This document shows, one piece after another, positions 1-8,704 of a stretch of 30,959 bases of DNA. Position 1 is the first letter of the stretch; each line of letters starts with the position of its first letter. Origin of the DNA: a virus. Its lineage: Duplodnaviria; Heunggongvirae; Uroviricota; Caudoviricetes. Where the stretch lies: positions 1 to 30,959 of IMG/VR virus record IMGVR_UViG_2531839474_000010; one strand, written 5' to 3'. A program made the translations under genes and the position numbers. The notes under the pieces were generated by a model. That model saw nothing but the letters and a program-made list of their open reading frames with translations, ran no database searches and had not been told where the DNA came from.

Positions 1-1254
1 ATGCTGGAACAAATGGGCATTGCCGCGAAGCAAGCCTCGTATAAATTAGCGCAACTCTCCAGCCGCGAAAAAAATCGCGTGCTGGAAAAAATCGCCGATG
101 AACTGGAAGCACAAAGCGAAATCATCCTCAACGCTAACGCCCAGGATGTTGCTGACGCGCGAGCCAATGGCCTTAGCGAAGCGATGCTTGACCGTCTGGC
201 ACTGACGCCCGCACGGCTGAAAGGCATTGCCGACGATGTACGTCAGGTGTGCAACCTCGCCGATCCGGTGGGGCAGGTAATCGATGGCGGCGTACTGGAC
301 AGCGGCCTGCGTCTTGAGCGTCGTCGCGTACCGCTGGGGGTTATTGGCGTGATTTATGAAGCGCGCCCGAACGTGACGGTTGATGTCGCTTCGCTGTGCC
401 TGAAAACCGGTAATGCGGTGATCCTGCGCGGTGGCAAAGAAACGTGTCGCACTAACGCTGCAACGGTGGCGGTGATTCAGGACGCCCTGAAATCCTGCGG
501 CTTACCGGCGGGTGCCGTGCAGGCGATTGATAATCCTGACCGTGCGCTGGTCAGTGAAATGCTGCGTATGGATAAATACATCGACATGCTGATCCCGCGT
601 GGTGGCGCTGGTTTGCATAAACTGTGCCGTGAACAGTCGACAATCCCGGTGATCACAGGTGGTATAGGCGTATGCCATATTTACGTTGATGAAAGTGTAG
701 AGATCGCTGAAGCATTAAAAGTGATCGTCAACGCGAAAACTCAGCGTCCGAGCACATGTAATACGGTTGAAACGTTGCTGGTGAATAAAAACATCGCCGA
801 TAGCTTCCTGCCCGCATTAAGCAAACAAATGGCGGAAAGCGGCGTGACATTACACGCAGATGCAGCTGCACTGGCGCAGTTGCAGGCAGGCCCTGCGAAG
901 GTGGTTGCTGTTAAAGCCGAAGAGTATGACGATGAGTTTCTGTCATTAGATTTGAACGTCAAAATCGTCAGCGATCTTGACGATGCCATCGCCCATATTC
1001 GTGAACACGGCACACAACACTCCGATGCGATCCTGACCCGCGATATGCGCAACGCCCAGCGTTTTGTTAACGAAGTGGATTCGTCCGCTGTTTACGTTAA
1101 CGCCTCTACGCGTTTTACCGACGGCGGCCAGTTTGGTCTGGGTGCGGAAGTGGCGGTAAGCACACAAAAACTCCACGCGCGTGGCCCAATGGGGCTGGAA
1201 GCACTGACCACTTACAAGTGGATCGGCATTGGTGATTACACCATTCGTGCGTAA
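1..1254 (+). CDS. proA: Gamma-glutamyl phosphate reductase, complete 417 aa
   Basis: Full-length ORF from ATG at 1 to stop at 1254; translation recognised from memory as enterobacterial ProA. Host gene. Confidence 0.93.
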
Positions 1255-1368
1255 ATAAAACCGGGTGATGCAAAAGTAGCCATTTGATTCACAAGGCCAT
1301 TGACGCATCGCCCGGTTAGTTTTAACCTTGTCCACCGTGATTCACGTTCGTGAACATGTCCTTTCAGG

Positions 1369-1444
1369 GCCGATATAGCTCAGTTGGTAGAGCAGCGCAT
1401 TCGTAATGCGAAGGTCGTAGGTTCGACTCCTATTATCGGCACCA
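1369..1444 (+). tRNA. thrW: tRNA-Thr, anticodon CGT
   Basis: 76-nt sequence GCCGATATAGCTCAGTTGGTAGAGCAGCGCATTCGTAATGCGAAGGTCGTAGGTTCGACTCCTATTATCGGCACCA with cloverleaf arms, anticodon loop CATTCGTAATG and 3' CCA. Known integration target for P22-type integrases. Confidence 0.93.
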
Positions 1445-1458
1445 TTAAAATCAATAAG

Positions 1459-2622
1459 TTACACATCATTAGTACCTTCCTTATTTTTTGACTGGGACAA
1501 ATTTGGGACCGATGGGTTCAGGATCGAGTCTATTTGCCGTGCGTGTTCGGTAAGGTGATTAGGTGCAAGGTGAGCATATCGACGAACCATTTCGATAGAC
1601 TCCCAGCCTCCCATTTCCTGTAACACTGACAACGGGACTCCGGCTTGAACCAGCCAACTTGCCCAGGTGTGTCTCAAGTCGTGAAATCTGAAATCATCAA
1701 TACCAGCCCGTCTCAGCGCCGCTTTCCAGGCTGTGTTTGCGTCATACCGCATCTTCCTTACTGTTGGCGCTTTCGTTCCGTCTGGTTTGGTACAGCTTTC
1801 CTTGTACACAAATACCCAACGGTGATGATTCCCGATTTGTTTTTTCAATACGCGACATGCAGTATCATTCAGCGCAACGCCAATTGCGCGGTTTGATTTA
1901 CTCTCTTCCGGGTTTATCCATGCCACCCGGCGCTGCATATCTATTTGTTGCCATTCAAGGTTGATGATGTTCGAGCGTCTTAAGCCTGTTGCCAGTGCAA
2001 ATTCAACAACAGACTTTAATGGCTCCGGACATTCATCAATCAGCCTTTGTGCTTCATGGGGCTCCAGCCAGCGGATCCGTTTATTCTTTGGTTGAGGCAC
2101 TTTAATAATTGGTGCCTTATCCAGCATTTTCCATTCACGCTCTGCGGCTCTTAGTAGGGCCTTTATAAATGAAAGATGCGTAGCCTTCGTTGCAACGGAC
2201 GCTGGTTTTGGCGTGTATTCTGGAACAGGTTTCCCTTTTTTTCTGCATGCTTCTGCCCTGAGTTTCCAGTTTTCCTCATGACGCCGGTTCGTCATTTTCT
2301 GCATTGCTGAATAAATTTTTGATTCAGTAATGTCTCTTAGTTGCATTCCTGCGAAATGTTGAAGCCAGAATCCGATCCGGCTTTTGTCATCGTCCAGTGA
2401 TTTTTTATGTGCTTTCTCTTCAAGCCACCTGACACACGCTTCCTCGAACGTTATATCAGGTATTTCACCAAGTTTGCTGACCCGCCATGCTTCAGCCTTT
2501 AGCTTGTCATGGAGTTCTGTCGCCTGCCTTTTGTCCTTTGTTCCAAGAGACTGTTTAAATCTTTTACCGTTCGGCAATGTGAAACTGGCGTACCATATTT
2601 CACCTCTGCGGAAGAGTGACAT
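1459..2622 (-). CDS. int: Tyrosine-type phage integrase, P22 Int-like, 387 aa
   Basis: 387-aa ORF beginning [33 protein letters not shown], with C-terminal HDLRHT and RY tyrosine-recombinase motifs; lies directly beside the tRNA. Confidence 0.93.
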   Translation of the reverse strand: MSLFRRGEIWYASFTLPNGKRFKQSLGTKDKRQATELHDKLKAEAWRVSKLGEIPDITFEEACVRWLEEKAHKKSLDDDKSRIGFWLQHFAGMQLRDITESKIYSAMQKMTNRRHEENWKLRAEACRKKGKPVPEYTPKPASVATKATHLSFIKALLRAAEREWKMLDKAPIIKVPQPKNKRIRWLEPHEAQRLIDECPEPLKSVVEFALATGLRRSNIINLEWQQIDMQRRVAWINPEESKSNRAIGVALNDTACRVLKKQIGNHHRWVFVYKESCTKPDGTKAPTVRKMRYDANTAWKAALRRAGIDDFRFHDLRHTWASWLVQAGVPLSVLQEMGGWESIEMVRRYAHLAPNHLTEHARQIDSILNPSVPNLSQSKNKEGTNDV

Positions 2623-2849
2623 TTTCTTTCCTCTGTTATGCCATCACCCGCGCTCACCTTGATAGTATGCAGCGGAGACTGAAGCGCCGCAATGCAGGCT
2701 TGTCGCGTTGTGAGGTAAGGAGATTTTGGTTTAGTGGGGTCTTTGCGTGTTGCCTGTAGGCGGCCTGTTCGTATCCAGTTGGTAGCGGTAGGTCTGGATA
2801 TCTTGAGAAACTGACAGGCCTCATCGAGTGTGAGGCTGTATGATTCCAT
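2499..2849 (-). CDS. xis: Excisionase
   Basis: ORF read from the internal ATG giving [31 protein letters not shown] (HTH-like); overlaps the int 5' end in another frame, as is usual for xis-int. The ORF track's upstream start at 2879 is possible. Confidence 0.65.
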   Translation of the reverse strand: MESYSLTLDEACQFLKISRPTATNWIRTGRLQATRKDPTKPKSPYLTTRQACIAALQSPLHTIKVSAGDGITEERKCHSSAEVKYGTPVSHCRTVKDLNSLLEQRTKGRRQNSMTS

Positions 2850-3099
2850 GGTTACCTCTGCTTTTTGAACGCATGTCACGTAACTTCTTAATGTGTTCTG
2901 CCGTTTCGATCTCTTCTGCTATCCGATCTGCATCAGCTTTATTCACAGGTTCAAAGTCATGATTAAAGCGGAACATGCTGGCGATACATGTTCTGCCTTT
3001 TCGGATGTAGTGAACTTTGTTGTGGGTAGAACGCAGGATTTTGCAGGGAGTGCCGTGGTGGTCGACGTACCAGGTGTTAGGAAAAATGATTCTGAACAT
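2821..3099 (-). CDS. Hypothetical phage early protein, 92 aa
   Basis: ORF with GAGGTG 5 nt upstream of the ATG at 3099; same strand and position as the int-proximal early-left genes. No recognisable motif. Confidence 0.5.
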   Translation of the reverse strand: MFRIIFPNTWYVDHHGTPCKILRSTHNKVHYIRKGRTCIASMFRFNHDFEPVNKADADRIAEEIETAEHIKKLRDMRSKSRGNHGIIQPHTR

Positions 3100-3146
3100 T
3101 TTTACACCTCAGTTGGACGATGTTGAAATTTGCTGCTTTGAGGCCA

Positions 3147-3365
3147 TCACAATCCCCATTGTTTGTTCTTAAGTTCGATCTCCTCCTGGCAACTTGCACA
3201 AGTCCGACAACCCTGAACGGCCAGGCGTCTTCGTTCATCTATGGGATCGCCACACTCACAACAATGAGTGGCAGATATAGCCTGGTGGTTCAGACGACGC
3301 ATTTTTATTGCTGTATTGCGCTGTAATTCTTCGATTTCTGATGCTGAATCAATGATGTCTGCCAT
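3147..3365 (-). CDS. TraR/DksA-family C4 zinc-finger protein, 72 aa
   Basis: CxxC...CxxC arrangement (CCECGDPIDERRRLAVQGCRTCASC) in a 72-aa protein, typical of phage TraR-like proteins. Confidence 0.7.
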   Translation of the reverse strand: MADIIDSASEIEELQRNTAIKMRRLNHQAISATHCCECGDPIDERRRLAVQGCRTCASCQEEIELKNKQWGL

Positions 3366-3413
3366 CTTCCATTAATCCCTGAATTGTTGGTTAATACGCT
3401 TGAGGGTGAATGC

Positions 3414-3441
3414 GAATAATAAAAAAGGAGCCTGTAGCTCC
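3414..3441 (-). terminator. Weak candidate intrinsic terminator within the early-left operon
   Basis: Short GGAGC/GCTCC stem at 3427..3441 followed on the minus strand by a TTTTTTATTATT tract (plus-strand A-run 3414..3426). The stem is only 5 bp. Confidence 0.3.
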
Positions 3442-3463
3442 CTGATGATTTTGCTTTTCATGT

Positions 3464-3745
3464 TCATCGCTCCTTAAAGACGCCGTTTAACATGCCGATC
3501 GCCAGGCTTAAATGAGTCGGTGTGAATCCCATCAGCGTTACCGTTTCGCGGTGCTTCTTCAGTACGCTACGGCAAATGTCATCGACGTTTTTATCCGGAA
3601 ACTGCTGTCTGGCTTTTTTGATTTCAGAATTAGCCTGACGGGCAATGCTGCGAAGGGCGTTTTCCTGCTGAGGTGTCATTGAACAAGTCCCATGTCGGCA
3701 AGCATAAGCACACAGAATATGAAGCCCGCTGCCAGAAAAATGCAT
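3464..3745 (-). CDS. Hypothetical phage early protein; start ambiguous (TTG 3778, ATG 3745 or ATG 3679)
   Basis: ORF downstream of the methyltransferase on the same strand; no recognisable motif. Confidence 0.45.
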   Translation of the reverse strand: MHFSGSGLHILCAYACRHGTCSMTPQQENALRSIARQANSEIKKARQQFPDKNVDDICRSVLKKHRETVTLMGFTPTHLSLAIGMLNGVFKER

Positions 3746-3755
3746 TCCGTGGTTG

Positions 3756-4313
3756 TCATGCAGCCTCCCGACGGGCAAGAATCCTTGAGCCGAACGCCAT
3801 CAACTCTCCACGATCAACGGTCGTAAAGTGGCAGTGTGTACGGGGGTATGGGTGCCAGATAATGAGCATCGAGCCTTTATTATTTCCACTGACGGGTTTC
3901 CCGGTGAGTGGGTTAATAAATGCCAGTCGTCCTGCCGTGATGAATCTGACCTCACTGGCGGTTTGTATCGCTTCATGAAACCATCCGACAGATGTGTCAG
4001 CAGGCAATAACATTACACATCCCACACTACTGAATTTGTTTTCAGTGGCTGCCTTTTTCACAAAAGGGGAAATATTGCTGTATGGTGGATTCAACCAGAC
4101 ATAACCAGAGGCATATCCCATTGCTTCAGGCCATGAAGTGGTTAATGTGTTCTGCTCCTGTGAGATAAAAAGCCGACATAGTCGGTTTTTTTCGTTGGCT
4201 GCAGCATCAAGTTGAAAAACGAACTCTGCATTCAGCGCAGCAAAAATCTCTGGTGGTGTGCGCCAGCTGTCGCGATGTTCGGCAGGAGTATTGCTTCCGG
4301 TGAAATCAGTCAT
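3756..4313 (-). CDS. Phage-type DNA N6-adenine methyltransferase (Dam family), 185 aa
   Basis: Contains WLNPPYS (the NPPY motif IV of N6-adenine MTases) in a protein of the size of the small phage Dam family; no cognate restriction gene nearby. Confidence 0.8.
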   Translation of the reverse strand: MTDFTGSNTPAEHRDSWRTPPEIFAALNAEFVFQLDAAANEKNRLCRLFISQEQNTLTTSWPEAMGYASGYVWLNPPYSNISPFVKKAATENKFSSVGCVMLLPADTSVGWFHEAIQTASEVRFITAGRLAFINPLTGKPVSGNNKGSMLIIWHPYPRTHCHFTTVDRGELMAFGSRILARREAA

Positions 4314-4467
4314 ACAGCCCCCGTTTATTATTTATCTCCTCAGCCAGCCGCTGTGCTTTCAGTGGATTTCGGATAACAGAAAGGCCGGGAAATACCCAGC
4401 CTCGCTTTGTAACGGAGTAGACGAAAGTGATCGCGCCTACCCGGATATTATCGAGAGGATGCTTCAT
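4306..4467 (-). CDS. Small hypothetical protein, about 54 aa, not in the ORF track
   Basis: Minus-strand reading [26 protein letters not shown]...; its ATG overlaps the exo stop (ATGA) and its TGA overlaps the methyltransferase ATG, a translational-coupling arrangement at both ends; GGAG lies 8 nt upstream. Confidence 0.4.
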   Translation of the reverse strand: MKHPLDNIRVGAITFVYSVTKRGWVFPGLSVIRNPLKAQRLAEEINNKRGLYD

Positions 4468-5144
4468 CGCCATTGCTCCCCAAATACAAAACCAATTTCA
4501 GCCAGTGCCTCGTCCATTTTTTCGATGAACTCCGGCACCATCTCGTCAAAACTCGCCATGTACTTTTCATCCCGCTCAATCACGACATAATGCAGGCCTT
4601 CACGCTTCATACGCGGGTCATAGTTGGCAAAGTACCAGGCATCTTTTCGTGTCACCCACATGCTGTACTGCACCTGGGCCATGTAAGCCGATTTTATGGC
4701 CTCGAAACCACCGAGCCGGAACTTCATGAAATCCCGTGAGGTAAACGGGCATTTCAGTTCAAGGCCATTGCCGTCACTGCATAAACCATCGGGAGAGCAG
4801 GCGGTGCGCATACTTTCGTCGCGATAGATGATCGGGGATTCAGTAACATTCACGCCGGAAGTGAACTCAAAGAGGGCTCTGGCGTCGTTCTCGTACTGTT
4901 TTCCCCAGGCCAGCGCCTTAGCGTTAACTTCCGGAGCCACACCGGTGCAAACCTCGGCAAGCAGGGTGTGGAAGTAGGACATTTTCATGTCAGGCCACTT
5001 CTTTCCTGAGCGGGGCTTTGCTATCACGTTGTGAACTTCTGAAGCGGTGATGACGCCGAGCCGTAATTTGTGCCATGCATCATCCCCCTGTTCGACAGCT
5101 CTCACATCGATCCCGGTACGCTGCAGGATAATGTCCGGTGTCAT
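4464..5144 (-). CDS. exo: Lambda-type exonuclease (Red-alpha), 226 aa
   Basis: Translation [40 protein letters not shown]... is near-identical to recalled lambda Exo; same length. Confidence 0.96.
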   Translation of the reverse strand: MTPDIILQRTGIDVRAVEQGDDAWHKLRLGVITASEVHNVIAKPRSGKKWPDMKMSYFHTLLAEVCTGVAPEVNAKALAWGKQYENDARALFEFTSGVNVTESPIIYRDESMRTACSPDGLCSDGNGLELKCPFTSRDFMKFRLGGFEAIKSAYMAQVQYSMWVTRKDAWYFANYDPRMKREGLHYVVIERDEKYMASFDEMVPEFIEKMDEALAEIGFVFGEQWR

Positions 5145-5926
5145 GCTGCCACCTTCTGCTCAGTGGCTTTCTGTTTCAGGAATCCAAGAGCTTTCACTGC
5201 TTCGGCCTGTGTCAGTTCTGACGATGCGCGAATGTCGCGGCGAAATATCTGGGAACAGAGCGGCAATAAGTCGTCATCCCATGTTTTATCCAGGGCAATC
5301 AGCAGAGTGTTAATCTCCTGCATGGTTTCATCGTTAACCGGAGTGATGTCGCGTTCCGGCTGACGTTCTGCAGTGTATGCGGTATTTTCGACAATGCGCT
5401 CGGCTTCATCCTTGTCATAGATACCAGCAAATCCGAAGGCCAGACGGGCACACTGAATCATGGCTTTATGACGTAACATCCGTTTGGGATGCGACTGCCA
5501 CGGTCCGGTGATTTCTCTGCCTTCGCGGGTTTTGAATGGTTCGCGGCGGCATTCATCCATCCACTCGGTAACGCAGATCGGATGATTACGGTCCTTGCGG
5601 TAAATCCGGCATGTACAGGATTCATTGTCCTGCTCAAAGTCCATGCCATCAAACTGCTGGTTTTCATTGATGATACGGGACCAGCCATCAACGCCCACCA
5701 CCGGAACGATGCCGTTCTGCTTGTCAGGGAAGGCGTAAATTTCTTTCGTCCACGGATTAAGGCCGTACTGGTTGGCGACGATCAACAATGCGATGAACTG
5801 CGCATCGCTGGCATCACCTTTAAATGCCGTCTGGCGAAGAGTGGTGATCAGTTCCTGTGGGTCGACAGAATCCATGCCGACACGTTCAGCCAGCTTCCCA
5901 GCCAGCGTTGCGAGTGCTGTACTCAT
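5141..5926 (-). CDS. bet: Lambda-type single-strand annealing protein Bet (Red-beta), 261 aa
   Basis: Translation [48 protein letters not shown]... matches recalled lambda Bet; overlaps the exo start as in lambda. Confidence 0.96.
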   Translation of the reverse strand: MSTALATLAGKLAERVGMDSVDPQELITTLRQTAFKGDASDAQFIALLIVANQYGLNPWTKEIYAFPDKQNGIVPVVGVDGWSRIINENQQFDGMDFEQDNESCTCRIYRKDRNHPICVTEWMDECRREPFKTREGREITGPWQSHPKRMLRHKAMIQCARLAFGFAGIYDKDEAERIVENTAYTAERQPERDITPVNDETMQEINTLLIALDKTWDDDLLPLCSQIFRRDIRASSELTQAEAVKALGFLKQKATEQKVAA

Positions 5927-5931
5927 CCGTT

Positions 5932-6228
5932 TTATACCTCTGAATCAATATCAACCTGGTGGTGAGCAATGGTTTCAACCATGTACCGGATGTGTTCTGC
6001 CATGCGCTCCTGAAACTCAACATCGTCATCAAACGCACGGGTAATGGCTTTTTTGCTGGCCCCGTGGCGTTGCAAATGATCGATGCATAGCGATTCAAAC
6101 AGGTGCTGGGGCAGGCCTTTTTCCATGTCGTCTGCCAGTTCTGCCTCTTTCTCTTCACGGGCGATCTGCTGGTAGTGACGCGCCCAGCTCTGAGCCTCAA
6201 GACGATCCTGAATGTAATAAGCGTTCAT
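5932..6228 (-). CDS. gam: Gam, host RecBCD inhibitor, 98-aa short form
   Basis: Translation [47 protein letters not shown]... matches the lambda GamS region. Confidence 0.93.
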   Translation of the reverse strand: MNAYYIQDRLEAQSWARHYQQIAREEKEAELADDMEKGLPQHLFESLCIDHLQRHGASKKAITRAFDDDVEFQERMAEHIRYMVETIAHHQVDIDSEV

Positions 6229-6303
6229 GGCTGAACTCCTGAAAATGGCTGTGAAAATATCGCCCGCGAAATGCCAGGCTGATTAGGAAAACAGGAAAGG
6301 GGA

Positions 6304-6714
6304 TTAGCGATTCAGGCCGTTACCGCGTCCGTCGAGAAAAACTTCCACGAGCAAATCACGGGTATAAGTGCGCTCGATGCCGCGATGCAGATAAAGCCGT
6401 CCGCGTAAATTAGCTGATGCAGTCCAGGTACCATCTTTGTGTTTGACCAGCATTCCTGGCATGACCGCACCTCGATTAACGGTCTGCGTTCCGTAATGTT
6501 GATGAACCATAAAAACTCCTGCCCGTAAGCTGGGCTGCTGAACATATAGAGACTTCTGCGCGTATTCAGGCGGTGGATGGCCGCCGGTTGTCATAACTAA
6601 GTCGCCTCGTTGAAGCGACTGAGGTATGAAGTGTTGAGTTGATTTCAGCTGGTCACACCGACGTTCACGCGTCCGCTTCACCCCTCGCACTCCCCGGAGC
6701 CTGCTGAAATTCAA
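6304..6714 (-). CDS. Hypothetical early-left protein; first gene downstream of the putative pL/OL; start uncertain (6714 or ATG at 6594)
   Basis: 136-aa ORF with an Arg-rich N-terminus ([15 protein letters not shown]) ending just upstream of gam. Function unknown. Confidence 0.4.
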   Translation of the reverse strand: MNFSRLRGVRGVKRTRERRCDQLKSTQHFIPQSLQRGDLVMTTGGHPPPEYAQKSLYVQQPSLRAGVFMVHQHYGTQTVNRGAVMPGMLVKHKDGTWTASANLRGRLYLHRGIERTYTRDLLVEVFLDGRGNGLNR

Positions 6715-6769
6715 GCTGCGGATCTAAGCGGTCATCGCAACGGTGAAGTTATAAATTTTGTGATACCAA

Positions 6770-6870
6770 CATCGATGCAATAGCATGACAATAGCAATGG
6801 CTATTGATGTAGTCAATAGCAATTAGTATTGATAATGTTTGATATACTTGTTCTGATTGATAATTAAATG
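6770..6870. promoter_or_regulatory. Putative left operator/promoter region (OL/pL)
   Basis: AT-rich intergenic DNA with three direct CAATAGCA copies (6778, 6789, 6814), the palindrome CAATAGC-AATG-GCTATTG (6789..6806) and three ATTGAT motifs (6802, 6828, 6856). The same motifs recur between cI and cro. Confidence 0.4.
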
Positions 6871-7059
6871 AATTTTTATAAAAAAGAGTATGAAGACTTA
6901 TTGGTGTGGCTGAAATTTGTACAGCTTTAATGTGCCTCGTGACAGAGGGGCATCGGGTTGTGGTGAGCTCGGTAGGTTGGCAGCAAATTTAATCGAATAT
7001 TGGTAGTCTGAGTTCTTATGTGTATTTTTTAGTCAGTTGCTAAATGATACATAAATGAC

Positions 7060-7096
7060 TTATTAGCCCCGCCATCGCTTTGTACGGGGCGTTTAT
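7060..7096 (-). terminator. Candidate intrinsic terminator directly after the SIR2-like gene, possibly bidirectional
   Basis: GC stem GCCCCG (7066..7071) / CGGGGC (7085..7090) followed on the plus strand by GTTTATTTAATTT; sits next to the stop of the 7097..8704 gene, separating it from the putative OL. Confidence 0.45.
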
Positions 7097-8704
7097 TTAA
7101 TTTATGTTTTCAACATTTCCATGAATCAACAAGTCGTAGGCAAGAAATAGTTTCCTATACTGGGTTTTTAAATTGTCAACGTCGCATGCCTTGAATTGAA
7201 CAAACGCTTCTTTTTTAACATAATCTTCAATCTCCTCTTTGGGGATATTTTTTATGTTCTTAATGACTATAGACAATTCTTTGTACTTTTTGAACGTTGC
7301 ATTCTTTATATCTTTGATGTTGGTGTAAATTTTATTTGCATTGATTTTATCTAAGGTGATTTTATTGAGCAAGTCGTCTAGTTTTCCGTGGCGTTCAATG
7401 CGTTGATTTAGTTTTAACACATATTTAGCTGGCAAACTTAACTCTTTCAAATTACATGAGGTTATAGTTTTTGAAAATGGAAGCTGTAATGAGTTTACTG
7501 AACCTAATATGAAATCTATGGCTAATTTATTAGATATTTCATTTTTATCAAATAAGTAGTCTTCAAGATAATTTATTTCTTTAACTTGTGTGAATACATA
7601 CTTTTTATCGCCTAGAGCAACAACTAAATTTTTTCCTTGTTTAACACTTTCTTCAAGTCTGTCTAAGTCAGAAGGTGAAACCAATAGAGTATCTAAGTGC
7701 CCTTTTTCACCCTCATTAATGATAAGTGTTTTAATGGCTCTTTGATACCTTAAAACATCATAAGGTGAGAGCCCTTCATCAACAGCACTGATCTCATCAT
7801 AGATCTGTTTATAGTTATCTGTTTTAACAGATGTATATGTAATTTGTAGCTGTTGATCGGTAATCTGTTTTGGTACTACTTCCTGTTCATTCTCTTTATA
7901 TTCAATCAAAATTATTCTTTCAGCTGATTTTCGACCATCTTCTCTAGGTAGTTGTGAGGAAAAATCAGAAAGAAGTTTCTTTACATTCCTGTCAGTTAAA
8001 GAATATCCAAGAAAAACTATTGGATTTTTAATCATGTTAGATAGTATCTTGGCACTAATGAGTATAGATTTGTTGTCATATTTTTCGTAATCATCTTTAT
8101 TTATGATTATTGAGTGTGGATCCTTTATATCACCATGGATTTTGTATAACTCACTCCATCCAATAGTATCTTCGAAAAAACCATTATTTCCAATATAGAG
8201 TTTTGGAGTTACATTTTGCTCTTGAAGTAAATTTTCTATGAAAGCATCATAATTTGTAGTGATGATTATCTTGGCCTTTTTTATTAATGTTTTAAATGAT
8301 GCTAATTCATCAAGATTTACATCCTTTCTGATTGTGTTATTAGAAAATCTTTGGCATATAGCGTATTTAAATGGTGAAATATCTTCACTAAAAACCCTCT
8401 TGGCATCTAGTCCATTTAATTTTAATTTGCCAGTCCTAAACAATAGATTGTAATCATTTTCAATTTTACTTGCTGCCTCTGTATAAATCTTATGATCGAT
8501 ATCATTATCACTGTTATTTTTATGTGATTCTTTTATTGTTAAAAGATAACTATAGAAATCATTTGTGGGATTTGTTATTTTCCAATACTCGTTTAATAGC
8601 TCTTCCCACGTTGGGTAGTTCTCTAAATATCTTTTTGAAATGCCTGAGCCAATAAAGACTATTGGGTAATTTTTGAATTCAAAATTTTTTTTTGACATAT
8701 CCAT
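7097..8704 (-). CDS. SIR2-family (SIR2_2 / ThsA-DSR-like NADase fold) protein with an uncharacterised C-terminal domain, 535 aa; candidate anti-phage effector
   Basis: Ordered motifs: Gly-rich loop VFIGSGIS (res 16-23), TTNYD (res 149-153; N151 codon at 8252..8254), KIHGD (H190 codon at 8135..8137), FLGYSLTD (res 231-238). Asn-to-His spacing is 39 residues, close to the roughly 40 recalled for ThsA/DSR2. Strongly AT-rich (about 30% GC by eye) against a roughly 50% phage background. Same strand as cI, immediately downstream. Confidence 0.75.
   Translation of the reverse strand: MDMSKKNFEFKNYPIVFIGSGISKRYLENYPTWEELLNEYWKITNPTNDFYSYLLTIKESHKNNSDNDIDHKIYTEAASKIENDYNLLFRTGKLKLNGLDAKRVFSEDISPFKYAICQRFSNNTIRKDVNLDELASFKTLIKKAKIIITTNYDAFIENLLQEQNVTPKLYIGNNGFFEDTIGWSELYKIHGDIKDPHSIIINKDDYEKYDNKSILISAKILSNMIKNPIVFLGYSLTDRNVKKLLSDFSSQLPREDGRKSAERIILIEYKENEQEVVPKQITDQQLQITYTSVKTDNYKQIYDEISAVDEGLSPYDVLRYQRAIKTLIINEGEKGHLDTLLVSPSDLDRLEESVKQGKNLVVALGDKKYVFTQVKEINYLEDYLFDKNEISNKLAIDFILGSVNSLQLPFSKTITSCNLKELSLPAKYVLKLNQRIERHGKLDDLLNKITLDKINANKIYTNIKDIKNATFKKYKELSIVIKNIKNIPKEEIEDYVKKEAFVQFKACDVDNLKTQYRKLFLAYDLLIHGNVENIN

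Noticed and set aside
741-1335. Minus-strand ORFs 741..1052 and 946..1335 overlapping proA
   Set aside because: Antisense shadow ORFs inside a well-supported host gene, with no RBS or motif.
1645-1964. Plus-strand ORFs inside the integrase gene
   Set aside because: Shadow frames of the integrase coding region.
3414-3441. Hairpin upstream of the TraR-like gene as a strong terminator
   Set aside because: The stem is only 5 bp, so it is listed as a low-confidence feature rather than a firm terminator.
6312-6545. Alternative 77-aa minus-strand frame overlapping the 6304..6714 ORF
   Set aside because: Overlaps the longer frame and I cannot tell which is translated; I kept the longer one at low confidence.
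6715-6770. Lambda-like boxA/boxB nut site downstream of the putative pL
   Set aside because: No convincing CGCTCTTA-like boxA or 5-bp-stem boxB hairpin found by eye; left as an open question.
8259-8655. Two short plus-strand ORFs antisense to the SIR2-like gene (possible hidden partner or antitoxin)
   Set aside because: In AT-rich DNA stop-free runs arise by chance; neither has a convincing RBS or recognisable motif, so they are not called as a partner gene.
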